The notes under the pieces are model-generated. The model worked only from the letters and a program-made list of their open reading frames with translations. It ran no database searches and was not told where the DNA came from. A program made the translations under genes and the position numbers. Of a DNA stretch of 64,000 nucleotides, positions 31,430-43,858 are shown piece after piece. The stretch's first letter is position 1; the number at the start of each line of letters is the position of its first letter. Source of the DNA: Antechinus flavipes (lineage: Eukaryota); NCBI RefSeq assembly GCF_016432865.1, contig NC_067399.1, positions 515,034,001 through 515,098,000 of the forward strand, read 5' to 3'.

Positions 31430-31930
31430 TTTCTAGAAGAGGTGTTGAGGGAGAACTAGCAGCTCTAGTATGAGGGTTTGCAGAGCCTTTTTCAGGGCTC
31501 CGTTTTTGGTGCCTACCTGTCATCCAGCTCCCACCTGTGGCCATACCCTGGTAAAATCTTCTCAGCAGACAGGCTAAGCCAGAATGAGGGTAAGGGGTAG
31601 CCCTCAAACTCATCGGTGAGTCTAATCCAAGCATGTGAAGACTTTCCCCAGTTAGAATGGGCAGATGAGAACAAATTGGACCAATAGCCATGCAGCTGTT
31701 GAAACAGGCCCTGTAGAGCCTTTAGAGCTTGGTAGGGCATCCAAGACAAGGTTATCCACTGCAACCAGGGTCATCAATAGTTATCCTGACTTTCACTTGC
31801 CATTGAACTTGGATGACTCTGAGAGAGTGAGGTTGACAACTTTGAGCAACTCTGCCTCACTTAAGCCAATCCATGCACAAGTCAAGACATCACCCAAGAC
31901 ATCACTGGTCTTCTTTGAAAAGAAAGGATA
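31430..31930 (+). mobile_element. RTE-related non-autonomous element (RTE-SINE-like)
   Basis: 3' end (cactggtcttctttgaaaagaaaggatatacaac) resembles the 3' terminus of the RTE LINE at 45280-45320; no ORF. Confidence 0.55.
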
Positions 31931-33206
31931 TACAACACAGCATATACATAAAATATGATTTTCTCCCTACTTTTTACTTTAAAGTATTTTTTGACTCAAT
32001 TTGCAAGACGCTAAGAAAAATCATTTTTATCAGGAAATTCATTTTTACTATCCCTGGCCAGGAAACTATCATCCCTACATTTCGAGCCATGATCCCTTCC
32101 TCAGACATCATCTTTTTAGCCAACTATTCACTGCCCCAAATCAATTTTTTTCTTCTGCATCTCTTTTCTTAAATGGGCAATGGGTGCTTAAAAAAAAAAA
32201 ACTTTGTCTTTGGTTTCTTGCCCAAGACTTCATAATCTTTAGCAATAATTTTTAATCCCTTCTGGTTATATAATTTGTGTTCATGTGAATCACTAGACTC
32301 AAGTCGTAATCATTTGTTTTGATAAGTCTTGGGAGAGTCTCTCTTGTGGCTTGGATACAATTTCATCCTTTGCTCTTCATTTTTTATCTTCCTTTTGAAT
32401 GTTGCCATCTTCCATTAGATTGGAAGATTCTTAAGGACAGGGACTATCTCATTTTCATATTTGTATTCCCAAAATTTAGCCCAATGCCTAGCCCACAATA
32501 ATCACTTAATAAATGTAGAGAAAATAGCATAGTGTCTTATGGTTGTTATTAGGTCAACAAACGACTGACTCTATACTACTGAACAAGGAGTCACCAATCA
32601 CCACAGTTCCTCTCATCTTCCTCCAATGTTTATTGATAGCTCTTGTGACTCTATTTTATAATTCCTTAGAAGACAAATATCTAGCACTTTACTCTTCATA
32701 AAGAGTCTGAATTTTTTTACTTCCAAATGTACAATTGTTTTTTTTTTTCCTTTTCATTCTTCCTCTTCATTACGTCTTCCCACTCTCTTCTTCATTTCTC
32801 ACCAGATTGCACTCCTAGGACTGGATTTTGCCATGCCCCTAAGAAACATTGTCATCTAGACACTCATCAACCTACAAGAATGTATTAATTTTAATACTCA
32901 CACCCCATCAGTTCTCCCAGTACCATCTTATTGGAGGACTGTTGGACAGAAGGAAGAACTTCTCCCAAAGCCTCCATTTAAAGAGGCCAGCCATCTCTTC
33001 ATTTCCCACCAATTTATACTCCTTAGATTAGACTCCCACCAAACTCTTCTTCCTCAGTGCTATCCTTTATCTTTCAATTTTCTTTGTCCTTTGCATGTTG
33101 TCCTCCCCCATTAGATTGTAAACTTATTAAGGACAGGGACGATCTCTTTCATTTGGCCTAGGTCCTAATGCACAGTAGGCATTTAATAAATATTTATCGC
33201 CTGAGT

Positions 33207-33345
33207 GGGGCAACTAGGTGGCAAAGTAGATAGAGCACCAGTTCTGAAGTCAGGAGGACATGTGTTCAAATCAGCTTTACACATGCTATGTGACCCTATT
33301 ATTTAACCCTGACTTCATGGAAGGAAAAAAAGAAAGAAAACCTTG
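33207..33345 (+). mobile_element. tRNA-derived marsupial SINE (WSINE/SINE1-like)
   Basis: ggggcaactaggtggcaaagtagatagagcacc A-box head, gttcaaatc B box, A-rich tail. Confidence 0.75.
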
Positions 33346-34699
33346 ACTGACTTTCTAACCTTGTGACAAAGGACAAATGTCATTTCGATCAAACCAGATT
33401 CTTTTAATCCACTTCCTTTTTTTTAGGAACATGTTTCTCCTATCACAACTTCACATTCCATTCCCAGTAATCCTTCTTTTACATAGAGTGCTCCTGAAAG
33501 GGAAATCTAAATACTTCTCCCCACCCTCAGACCCCTCCCATCACATTCAGACTCTTCTTTTTGCCTTCTTCTTCACACAGCAACTTTTCTTTTTTGGAAG
33601 TACAATGAATCAAAATGTGCCCAATCAAAATTCTGCTATGGCCTCCAGGTCACTTCCCCTTCTTCCTCAAAGAAAGCTCACCATCTTCCTCTCCTCTCCA
33701 ATTGCTACCTTTTTATTAGGGAACTTTTATATCTATGCAAGGGCTCTCTCAAGCTCTCTCATTTCTTAATTATCACAATCTACTCCTTTCAATCTAGGCT
33801 GCTAAGTGATGCAATAGATAGAATTCTGAATCTGAAGTCAAGAAAACTCATTTTCCTGAGTTCAAATCTGGTCTCAGATACTGACTAACTGTGGGACCCT
33901 GGGAAAATCACTTATCCCTGTTTGCCTCAATTTCTCATCTGTAAAATGAGCTGGAGAAGAAAATGATAAACTGTTCCACTACCTTTGCCAAGAAAACCTT
34001 AAATGGGGTTATGAGGAGTTGGAGATGACTGAACAACTTCTTTACTCTACTTTGGGCACACATACAGATAGACACACACTAGATTCATCATAATTTTCCC
34101 TTGTTAGAAACTTTCACACAAGCCTATTTGAACATAATTTTCTCCCCATGTTTCATCATCCTCCTATACCTGTTCTTGGCCTTCATATGCTCCATCTTAA
34201 GTATTTTCTCTGGTCCTTACCCTTGCCCTGAATTCACTTTCCTTCCTCTCCAGGTTCCACCCAATGATTAACCATTTGAACTTTATACTGGCCTCTGCCC
34301 TTGAATATCTTGTCCCTTTGCCTTATTGCTTATATTTTCTTGCCAAACCTCAGTCTTGCTAATTCCCACCATTCATCTGCTCAGTTCCTACTCACAAACC
34401 ATTGAAAAAAAGTTGAATACGTTTCACAAGTGTGTTGACTGTGCACACAATAAAATTGTATCATAAAACCTCAAGTGGGTCCTCACTGCAGCAAAGCAGT
34501 CATTCTTGATTCCCTTTCTCAGAACTCATTGAAACTACTCTTACCAACTCTTAAGCAGTTTGTTAAGGTAGCTTTTTATTATCTCTTAATAACTTGACAA
34601 CCATAATATTTCCTTTCCTTTGTCTCACCAACAACTTCATAGTCAAAGCCCACCTCCTTTCTCTTTTCAAATTTTTGGAGGAAAAAATTTTGGAGGAAA

Positions 34700-35960
34700 A
34701 AAAATTGATAAAGATATCAATAACCACATAAAAAGCCTCCTCTAAATTACTAATAATTAGAGAAATGTAAACTAAAACAGCCTTGAGGTACTATCTCATA
34801 CACATCAGAGTAGCTAAAATGATACAAAAGGAAAATGACAAATACTGGAGAAGTTATGGGAAAACAGATGCATTAATGCACGTTTGGTAGAGCTGTGTGT
34901 ATAGTTCAATCATTTTGCAATTTGGAACTATGCCCAAAAAGCTATTAAACAGTACTTACTCTTTGACCCAGAAATACTACAACTGCATCTATATCCCAAA
35001 GAGATCAAAAAATAGGAAAAAAAAATCCATATGCCACATTTGTGGCAGCTCTTTCGTGGTAGTGAAAAATTGGAAATTGAGGAGATGCACATCAACTGTA
35101 GAATGGCTGGATAAGCTATGATATATGACTGTGACAGAATACTATTGTGCTGTAACAAAGGATAAACAGGATGGTTTCAGAAAAACCTGTATGAACTGAT
35201 GCAAAGTGAATTGAGCAGAACTATGAGAACAATCTACACAGTAATCACAATATTGTAAAAATAATCTTTGAAAGATTTAGTAACTCTGATCAACACACTG
35301 TTCCACCATAATTCCAAAGGACTCAAAATTAAACAAGTCAATTGGGTGGTATAGTGGATAAAGTGCTCAGGCCTGAAGTAAAAAAGACTATTCTTCCTGA
35401 GTTCAAATCCAGCCTCAAGCATTTACTCAGTGACATATCATTCTTTACTTCAGTTTCTTCATCCTCATCATGAGCTGAAGAAATAGCAAACTATTCCAAT
35501 ATCTTTACCAAGAAAACTACAAATGAGGTCATGAAGAATGAGATGAGAAGAGGATGGATTAGAACACAAGGTTTCACAAGGGTCAGTGGTGAAAATTATC
35601 CTTGCATATATTTTGAAAATAAACAGCTTCAGTAAAAAAATTTTTTTTAAATGAGACAAATGAAAAACAAATTAACAATATAATGAAACATGCTATTTAC
35701 CTCCAGATAGAGAACAGATGGACTCAGAATGCATATTGAAGCATATTTTTTTTCTCTTTCTTGCTTTTTCCTCCTTGCTTCCTTACTGCTTTTCTGGCTA
35801 ATGGGGAATTTTGTTTTGTATGACTAAATATTTTAATGGGTTGTGTTTTTCTTGCCTTCTTGATAAATGGGGAGACGGGGGAAAAAGGAAAGAATTTAGA
35901 ACTGAAAAAAAAGAATTGAAAAAAATCTCTGTGCTTAAAAAAAAAAAGAATTAACCTATT
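34700..35960 (+). mobile_element. Old L1 ORF2 C-terminus/3'UTR fragment, interrupted by a Mar1-type SINE
   Basis: Typical L1 3' sequence (agagaaatgtaaactaaaaca...gaggtactatctcatac...gaatactattgtgctgt); many stops. Confidence 0.75.
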
Positions 35961-36399
35961 CATTGTTTCACCAATTTATTTTATTTATCAATTTGTTTTA
36001 CTTACCTTTTCTTATATACATTGTCAACTATCTTCTCCTCCTTTTGTCCTTCTCTTCAGGTGCTTACTCTCCTTAATTCTATTCCTTCTACAAATTTCTC
36101 TCACCAAAGCTACAAGTAGAGCTTCTTTAGGTGAGCTTTAAGGTCAATTGAGTATTGGCCCTGTAGTCAAGAGGACTTGAGTTCAAATTTTACCTCAGAT
36201 ATTTACTAGCTTTGTGACCCCAGGCAAGCCACTTAACTCCAATTGCCTTCCTCAACCCTCCAAAAGGAAGAGACCCTCATATTTTTCACCTGAAAAAAGA
36301 GGGAGTTAGACTCTAATCCTCTGAGATCCTTTCCAGCCCTAAAATTCTATGACCCTAGAAAAGTAGGTTAGACTTCTGGGCCAGAGATATAGGTAGCAG

Positions 36400-37270
36400 T
36401 GAGACAATTCAAAACAATCCAAAAAATGAAAAATTAGATGTCTTATGCAAGGCACCATGATAAGCACTAGGGATATAAAGATCGTTTTTTCCCTGCCTAC
36501 AAGAGCTTATATTTTACTGTAGGTATAAAACATATTCACAGCAAAAGAAATACAGAGGAATGTAAGGAGGGAGCACACAAGAATAACTCAGGATATTAAG
36601 AAAAATTTCTAATAAATGGCACTTGAGAGAGACTTGAGGAGAAAGAGTATTCCAGGCCTGAGATCAAAGCGTGTGGGGAGATCAGGGAGTCAAGAGATTG
36701 GAAGTCATGTTTAGGAACTTAAAAAGTAAACCTATTTTTCTGGAATATATAGTACATGTATGCTGGGAACATAAAAAAAATCTCTGGAAAGGTAAATTGG
36801 AGGAAGATCATGGAAGATCTTAGATGTCAGATTGAGTTTATATTTTATCCTGGAGCTGCAAAAGTTTTGGGGGGCAGGGAAGACTTGTGACTCGTGCTTC
36901 AGAAAGATTATTTTAGCACCTGTGTGGAGAATGGGCTGGAGAAGGAAGAAACTGGAAAAAAGGAGATGAATTAGAAGGCTATTACAATAATCTCCCTGAT
37001 AGATGATAAGGACATATATTAAAGTGAAGAACAGAGGCTGTGTGCATGGAGGGAAGAGGATGGAAATAAAAGATATCGTAAAAGTAGAATCTAAAAGACT
37101 TGTCAGCAAGTTGGTTATAGGCTGGGAGAGAAAACAGAGAATCAAGATTGTCCCTCTGAGTGACAAGAAGAATAGTCATGCTCTCAATAAGATGAGAGAA
37201 ATTTAGAAAAGGAGCATGTTTGGAGGAAGGGGGTAATAATGAGTTATATATTAGGCATATTAAGTTTGAG
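36400..37270 (-). mobile_element. Degraded L2 LINE fragments
   Basis: L2-like purine-rich reverse sequence (gagcttatattttact, gaagatcatggaagatc, attaagtttgagat); approximate. Confidence 0.55.
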
Positions 37271-38010
37271 ATTCTAGTAAATAGTGGCTGGCATGTAGAA
37301 TCCATGGAAGGAAGTAATATCATTATCAGAACATAAATATGAGGATAATTATCATTGTTGTTCAGTTATTTTTCCGTAGTGTCCAACTCTTTGTGATGCC
37401 ATTGGAGGTTTTCTTGGCAAAGATATCGGAGTGGTTTGCCATTTCCTTTTACAGCTCATTTTACAGATGAGGAAAATGAGGCAGACAGAGTTCAATGACT
37501 TGCCCAGGGTCACACTTGTCTAAGGACAGGTTTGAACTCAGAAAGATGAGTCTTCCAGATTTCAATCCCAGTGCTCTATTCTCGTCCCCCTATAACAATA
37601 CTTTGATTTATGAATAATAATTTGTAAGTAATAATACTTTGATTTATATAAAACATTAAAATTTTTAAAAAATGTTTTGCATTCCATTTAACATGAAATA
37701 AAGCTGAAAAGATAGGGAGACTAGGTTGTAGAGGGCCTTGAAATCTAAGTAATTACAGCTCTGTCTATGAAATTGGAAGGAAGTTCAGAGTCAGGATTTC
37801 AACATAGGAGTTCTCATTCTTGGCTCTTCAGTCCCAAGTTCCAGATTTTGAAGTCAAACTGAGCCCAAGACCAACCTCTGGCCATTCACCCTAGGTCAAT
37901 AGTGAGACAGAGGCTCCCAAACTCCAAACTTCTTGCTAACTGGTCCTAATATCGTCCAGAGATCTAAGACGCTGAGATAAAGGATGAGGGCTCTTTAGCC
38001 CAATAGCATC

Positions 38011-38027
38011 CTGCCCTCTGGTGGCCA
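38011..38027 (-). promoter_or_regulatory. CTCF motif
   Basis: Minus strand TGGCCACCAGAGGGCAG, near-perfect CTCF core. Confidence 0.65.
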
Positions 38028-38560
38028 TTTTCCTTCTGACTTATTTAATGTACTTTGAGTCCTGAGTAGCAGCTGATGAACAGAGCCAGGGGAAGAGGAG
38101 GAGTCTAAAAAACGAGGGAGTCCGTGTTTTGATTCCTTTTGTTTCTTTACTCAACATGTTTGTTATAAGGGAGTGTTCTGTTTTATGGTGAGGCTAGAGT
38201 GAAGGAGAAGGAAGAGATTGTGATGGGAAAAAATAATATTAAAATAAGATATTTTTTAAGGGGGGAGGAAGGAGAATAGTGGGAGGCAAAGCTCAGAGAA
38301 ACCGGTAGAACTAGAAGGTAACTCCCCGTTCTGTCTGAACCTCACCCAGTGTACGCAGGGGACGTGACTGACGTTTATGGATAGTCAGAGTTGAGAGAAG
38401 TTAAGCCACATAAACTATACTTCAATGAATCTATGAGTTCACTCACAGAAATCTTGCTAATATCAAATTATCTATTACCTGTTATTTTTCTTAATAATCC
38501 TAGTAATGTCAGAATTCTAATAATGTTCTTGCATTCCTCCTCTTAAGACAGTTATTCTCA

Positions 38561-38656
38561 GGGGCAGCTAAGTGGCACGGGGATAGAGCATTGGCCCTGA
38601 ATTCAAGACCTTAATACTTACTTACTGTGTGACCCTGATTGCTTCGCCAAAAAAAA

Positions 38657-38706
<50 letters not shown>
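38561..38706 (+). mobile_element. Internally deleted SINE followed by (GT)24 microsatellite (38659-38706)
   Basis: ggggcagctaagtggcacggggatagagc head, A tail, then a GT run. Confidence 0.75.
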
Positions 38707-38708
<2 letters not shown>

Positions 38709-39254
38709 TAAAGTCAAGGAGGTAAAAATATTTACTCTCAATTAGACTAAGCTGAACCATAGCCTAAGCCCCTACCCTGAGATCTTATCTTTAATAGGAA
38801 TCTAGCTAGAGCTGGATCTCAGACACTAATGTCCTCGTCTTTTTCCTTGAGATTTGTAGTTAATTAGATCACAAAGGGTAAATTAAGCAGACTAAGTGGG
38901 TTTCCCTTGCTCAGACTGTCCAGGGCAACCTACATTTCTGGACCAGGACTTGATTATCTAATGTGACCCCCTCCCTCCCACTTTTCTCTTAAAACTATCA
39001 AGACTATTATTTCCTGGGAGTCTCCTAGTGGAACATCCCCTATGTGCCTGATTTGCTACTCTGTTATCCTGATTAAAGACAATCCACTCATAAGTCATTT
39101 AATTTATTCACTTATGCAAATTTCAGCTCATCTCTACCTCCTTATTCTGTGTGATTCTTATTTATCTCCTTTTATAAATCCTGAAGAGAATATACCTATG
39201 TATTCAAAGGATTTCTGTATTGACATTCCATGTTTACTTCCCCTGTTGATAAAA

Positions 39255-40030
39255 GGTCAAAGGATATGAACAGGCAGTCTTCAAAGCAAGAAATCCAAAC
39301 TATCAAAAACCTTATGAAAAATACAAATCACAATAATTAGAAAGATGCAAATAAAATGTGTCTGAGGTTCTACTTCAAACCCATTAAATTAGCAAAGTTG
39401 GCAAAAGGAGGAAATGACAAATGTTGGAGGAACTTGGGGAAAACAGTTTATTAATGTCCTATTGGTGGAGCAGTGATCTAGCCATTCTGAAAAACAAGTT
39501 GGAACTATGCCCCCAGTTACTAATTTATGCATACTGTGACCCAGAAACATTACTATTAAATTCATACCCCCAAAGATGAAAGAAAGAAGAAAAATATCTA
39601 TATATGCAAAAATGTTTATAGAATCTCTTTTTGTGATGACAAACAACTATAAACTAAGGGAGTGACCTTCCACTGGAGAATAGCCAAATAAATTATAGGA
39701 TATAAATATAATGGAAAACTACTATTAAAAAAAATACAAAAGGGGCAATTTCAAAGAAACATGGAAAGACCAGTATGAACTAATATAGAGTGAAACAAGT
39801 AAAATTAGAAGAACAATGTGTTTAATAACAAAAATATTATAAAACAACTTTAATTATTATGGTTTAATGACAAACCAAGATTCCAAAGGACTAATAATAA
39901 AACATGGTATCTACCTCCTGCTAACTAGAAATACATTTTAATTGTATTTAGAAATATAAGAAATGTTTTTTTTAATATAGCTTTTCAAAGGGGGAAATGG
40001 TAAAGACAATAAACAACAACATAATTAGAA
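39255..40030 (+). mobile_element. Old L1 3' fragment
   Basis: aaggatatgaacaggcag...gatgcaaataaaatgtgtctgaggttctac...ttggaactatgccc, typical L1 ORF2 C-terminus, decayed. Confidence 0.75.
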
Positions 40031-40142
40031 AAATAATTGTTAAAAGAAAAATTCCTTTATTACCACACAGCACCTTCACTGTGGGTTTCTTAATTCATAC
40101 CTTCCTTATAGGATCAATTTTTCTTCATTTCTGATCATATAT

Positions 40143-40912
40143 TGTTGGAATCTTTACAAATTGTTGAGTCATTAGAGTTGAGATGTTTTGGGCCAGAACC
40201 TGAAACAAGGTACTAAGTAGAACTAATTGATACAATGCTTGTGTTTACACCTTTACTCATTGGAGTTCACAAGTATGGGAGATTCACAAAGTTAATTGTG
40301 TAACTTTGTGAATTCACACCTCCCTTGAAGCTCTTAGGGCCAGAGAGCACTCTGAGAGAAAACCCATAATCCTATTTTCTGATATATAAGAAGAAAGCAG
40401 AGGCCCAATTGGGGAGAGATTCATTCCATTTTCCACTTGGCTGGCTGGTAGCAGAAGAGAGTTCAGCTGAATTACATTGGAGAGGAGCACTCTGGGCCAG
40501 ACACAGAGCACTCTGGGAGAGCCAGAAGCCCTCACTCGGAGGCAAGAAAGATTCATTACAACTTTTACCTTGGTGCTGGCTGGAGGCAGAGGCAAAAGCA
40601 AAGAACAAAGCTGCAAGAGCTCTTCAGAGGCAAGACAGATTCAACTTGGTGCTGGCTGGAGGCTGAAGGGAGCAGAGGCAAAGGACAAAGCTGCAAGAGC
40701 TCTTAGAACCAAGCAGAGAGATAGGCCTCTAAGCTTACCGGGCTATATTGGAGGCAATAAAAGAGCTGAACTTTTATCACTTGGCTGCATTTTGGGTCAT
40801 TATTTACTCTTAACTGAAACTAAGGCTACCTCTAGAAAACCTCCCTGAGAAACCTGCTTTCTCCCAGAGAGAACCATCATCTTATATTATATTAAAGAAG
40901 AAAAACACCACA
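40143..40912 (+). mobile_element. Solo ERV LTR (~770 bp)
   Basis: TG...CA termini, flanks atatat/atacat (5/6 TSD), TATATAA at ~40383, AATAAA at 40756-40761, internal tandem duplications. Confidence 0.7.
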
Positions 40913-41374
40913 ATACATCTTCTATCTATTTGAAATCATAAAGGGCATATCTTGTTATTAAGCCCTTAGTAACAAGTTATAGACTTCTTATTCTTATCAT
41001 GCACCTCCTCATTATGCTTTGGATCACATAGAAGTTTGTTGCTTCAGATTTTGATTCTTCTTTGGATATAATAGAGAATACTATAATAATTATTTTTTGG
41101 AAATTACTGGAGAATCCTGGATATTAGTGTGATAATAATAATGTGACTTTTTTGCTGATTTAAGGTCTATAAATTATTTTATATACATGATTTAATCCTC
41201 ACAACAACTTTATGAGTGAAAGAATATAGATATTACTATCCTAAATTTACAGAAAATGAAACTGAGGTCCAAAAAGTTCAAATGTCTTTTTCTAAAAAGC
41301 TAGTAAAGAGTCAGGATTCTAATCCAGCTTCTCCTAAAGCTAAGTCCAATGTTCTTTCCACTACAATTCAATTC

Positions 41375-43330
41375 AATAAGCATGTATTGAATGCTTACTA
41401 AGTGCCAGGCTTTGTGATACATTCAAAGGAACTTACATTCTATTGGGAAAAAACAAGATGTGTCTAGAGAAATGTGAATGTGTATATATAAATATATATA
41501 GGAACACTCATATATACCCCAAAATAAAAATGAAATAAGCACTGTCTTCAAGGTACTAACATTCTATCAGACAATACACACACACACATTTAACATGAAA
41601 AAGAAAATTTAAGAGAGGGAAAGTGCTAGCAGCAGCTAGAGAGATAAGAAAATGTCTCCTGTAGAAGGTGACTTTTGAGGTGAGTAGTATGAAACTAAGG
41701 ATTCTAAGAGATAGAAGTGGGAAGGGAATGAATTACAGGCATAAGGACTAGCCAGTGCAAAAAACCTAGTTATTGTAAATGGATTAATGTGCATAAGAAA
41801 CAACAAGGGCAGTAGTGTCTAATAAGGATAGAAAGATAGATTGGGGTCCGGTAGGAGAAATGTCAAAGTTTGTTTTTAATTCAAAAGATAATAGGGACTC
41901 ACATTTATGGAGCAGGAAAGTGATGCTATCAGACTTCTGTTTAAGAAAATCACTTTGGCAGCTGTGTGAATTAGAATGGAGACTTGAAGCAGAGAAGTTA
42001 ATTAGGGGGCTATAATCCAGGCAATAGATAGCTAGCTGGCATGGTAGTGCACAGAGTGCCAGACTTGGAGTCAGGAAGACTCATTTTTCTAAGTTCAAAT
42101 CTGGCCTCAGACATTTCTTAGCTATGTGACCCTAGCCAATCCTTAACTATATTGCCCGGTTTCCTCATCTGTAAAATAAGCTGTAAAAGAAAATGGCAAA
42201 TTGCTCTAGTACTTTCAAAAAGAAAATCTCAAATGGGGTCACAAAGAGTAGGACACACTTAAATGACTCAACAACCACCACCACCCAGGGAACAGACAAT
42301 AAAGGTCTGAACCAGAGTAGGAGCTATGTGAGAAGGTAGCAGACAAAATGGAATAAATGTGAGAGATTTTATGAAGGAGGAAATGAAAAGATTTGCTAAC
42401 AATTCTATATAACTGGTAAATACCTATGAGGATTCAAGAAAGACACTAAAGATGCAAATATAGGCAACTAGAAGTATAGTAGTATCCTTAAAATAACTAG
42501 GGAAATTTGAAGATTGAACTTTGGGAGAAAGATAATGAGTTCTAGTTGGAGAAACAAGATCCAGACTCTACCATCTAGACCAAGTTAGTTTAATTGCTGT
42601 CTATGATAAAGTACATTCCAGCCAGACTTCAAAGCCTGATCACAGGCCAAGATGTTCTACCACCACTAGTGGCCTTTTGAATCCCAGGCTTTTCCCAAGA
42701 TCAGATTATGTTACTTCCTACAAAAGATACTTTCTAATCTCCCCAGTTCCAATGATCTTCCTGATTTTTCTAATTAATTTCCTATGTAGTTAATATGTTG
42801 GCATATTGTTTCCCCTCTAAATAGTAAGCTTCTTGAGGACAGTAAATATTTAATGTTTTAATCTTTAGATTTTCAACACTTAGCCTGGCATATATCATGT
42901 TCTCAATAAATGCTAATTGGTTGAAAAAAAAAGATAATGAGTTCTCTCTAAGACATGTTAAATTTGAGATGCCCATAGGATATCCAATTTGAAATGCTCA
43001 AGAGACAGTTAATGATGTGGGTTTAGAACTGAGGAGAGAGACAAAGGTTGAATGTATGGATGTGGGGTTCACTAGCATAAAAATAATAAAATCTAAGAAG
43101 ATTGATATAGTCACCAAGTGTATGTAAAGAGAAAAATAAGAGGGGACCCAGGTCAAAGCTTTGGGGGATACCCACAATATGGGGCCATGATATGGGTGAT
43201 GAATGATAAACAACAATAAAGGCAGAAAGGAGAAAGTCAAATAAAAATGAGAAAAATCAAGGAGAAAAGAATAAGATCCCAGGAAAGAGCATTTACCAAG
43301 TATTATCAAGAAGATAATTTGCAACTGAGG
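41375..43330 (-). mobile_element. Fragmented L2 LINE with nested SINEs
   Basis: ttcaataagcatgtattgaatgcttactaagtgccaggc (reverse L2 3' end) and downstream L2 body pieces; Mar1-type insertion at ~42035-42285. Confidence 0.6.
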
Positions 43331-43858
43331 AGAGCAGAGAAATTCTCAAGAAGAGTTATCACTTAAGTAAAGTTTTAAAAGGCAGCTAGGGTCCTTAAAA
43401 ATCCACGAGGGGAAAAGGCTATCCACACCTGTCCAAAGACAGAGACACAGGAGATAGAAGGAAGATTAGCAAATGGGTCATTTTTGCCTGGAATATAGAG
43501 CTGGGTAAAAAACTGTAATGTACAATAATCCTGTAAAGCTAGGTAATCAGATTGGGAAGGGAATGAAAGTGAGCACTAGCACCCTAAAAATCTTAGCAGT
43601 CAGATGCTCAAAGAATCAGGTCTCCTAAGGAAAAGAATGTGGTGATGAGATCCTGAGTAACTAGATGGGGATGGCAGAGAAAGATTGAAATATTGATAAA
43701 ATTACCATCTGAGGCAAGTAGGGGAAAGTCATTGATGGGAATCAGTTCAACTTTATAGCCCCCCCTTTCTGTGGAAGTCGTGATTGATCCCACCTTGCTG
43801 TGTTCTGTTGGAAATCTATGTCAAACCCCTGAAGTTAAATTTCCTCTATAAATTGGCC

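Noticed and set aside
40314-40848. Several 78-123 aa ORFs with repeated peptide units
   Set aside because: They arise from tandem duplications inside the solo LTR; no gag/pol/env similarity.
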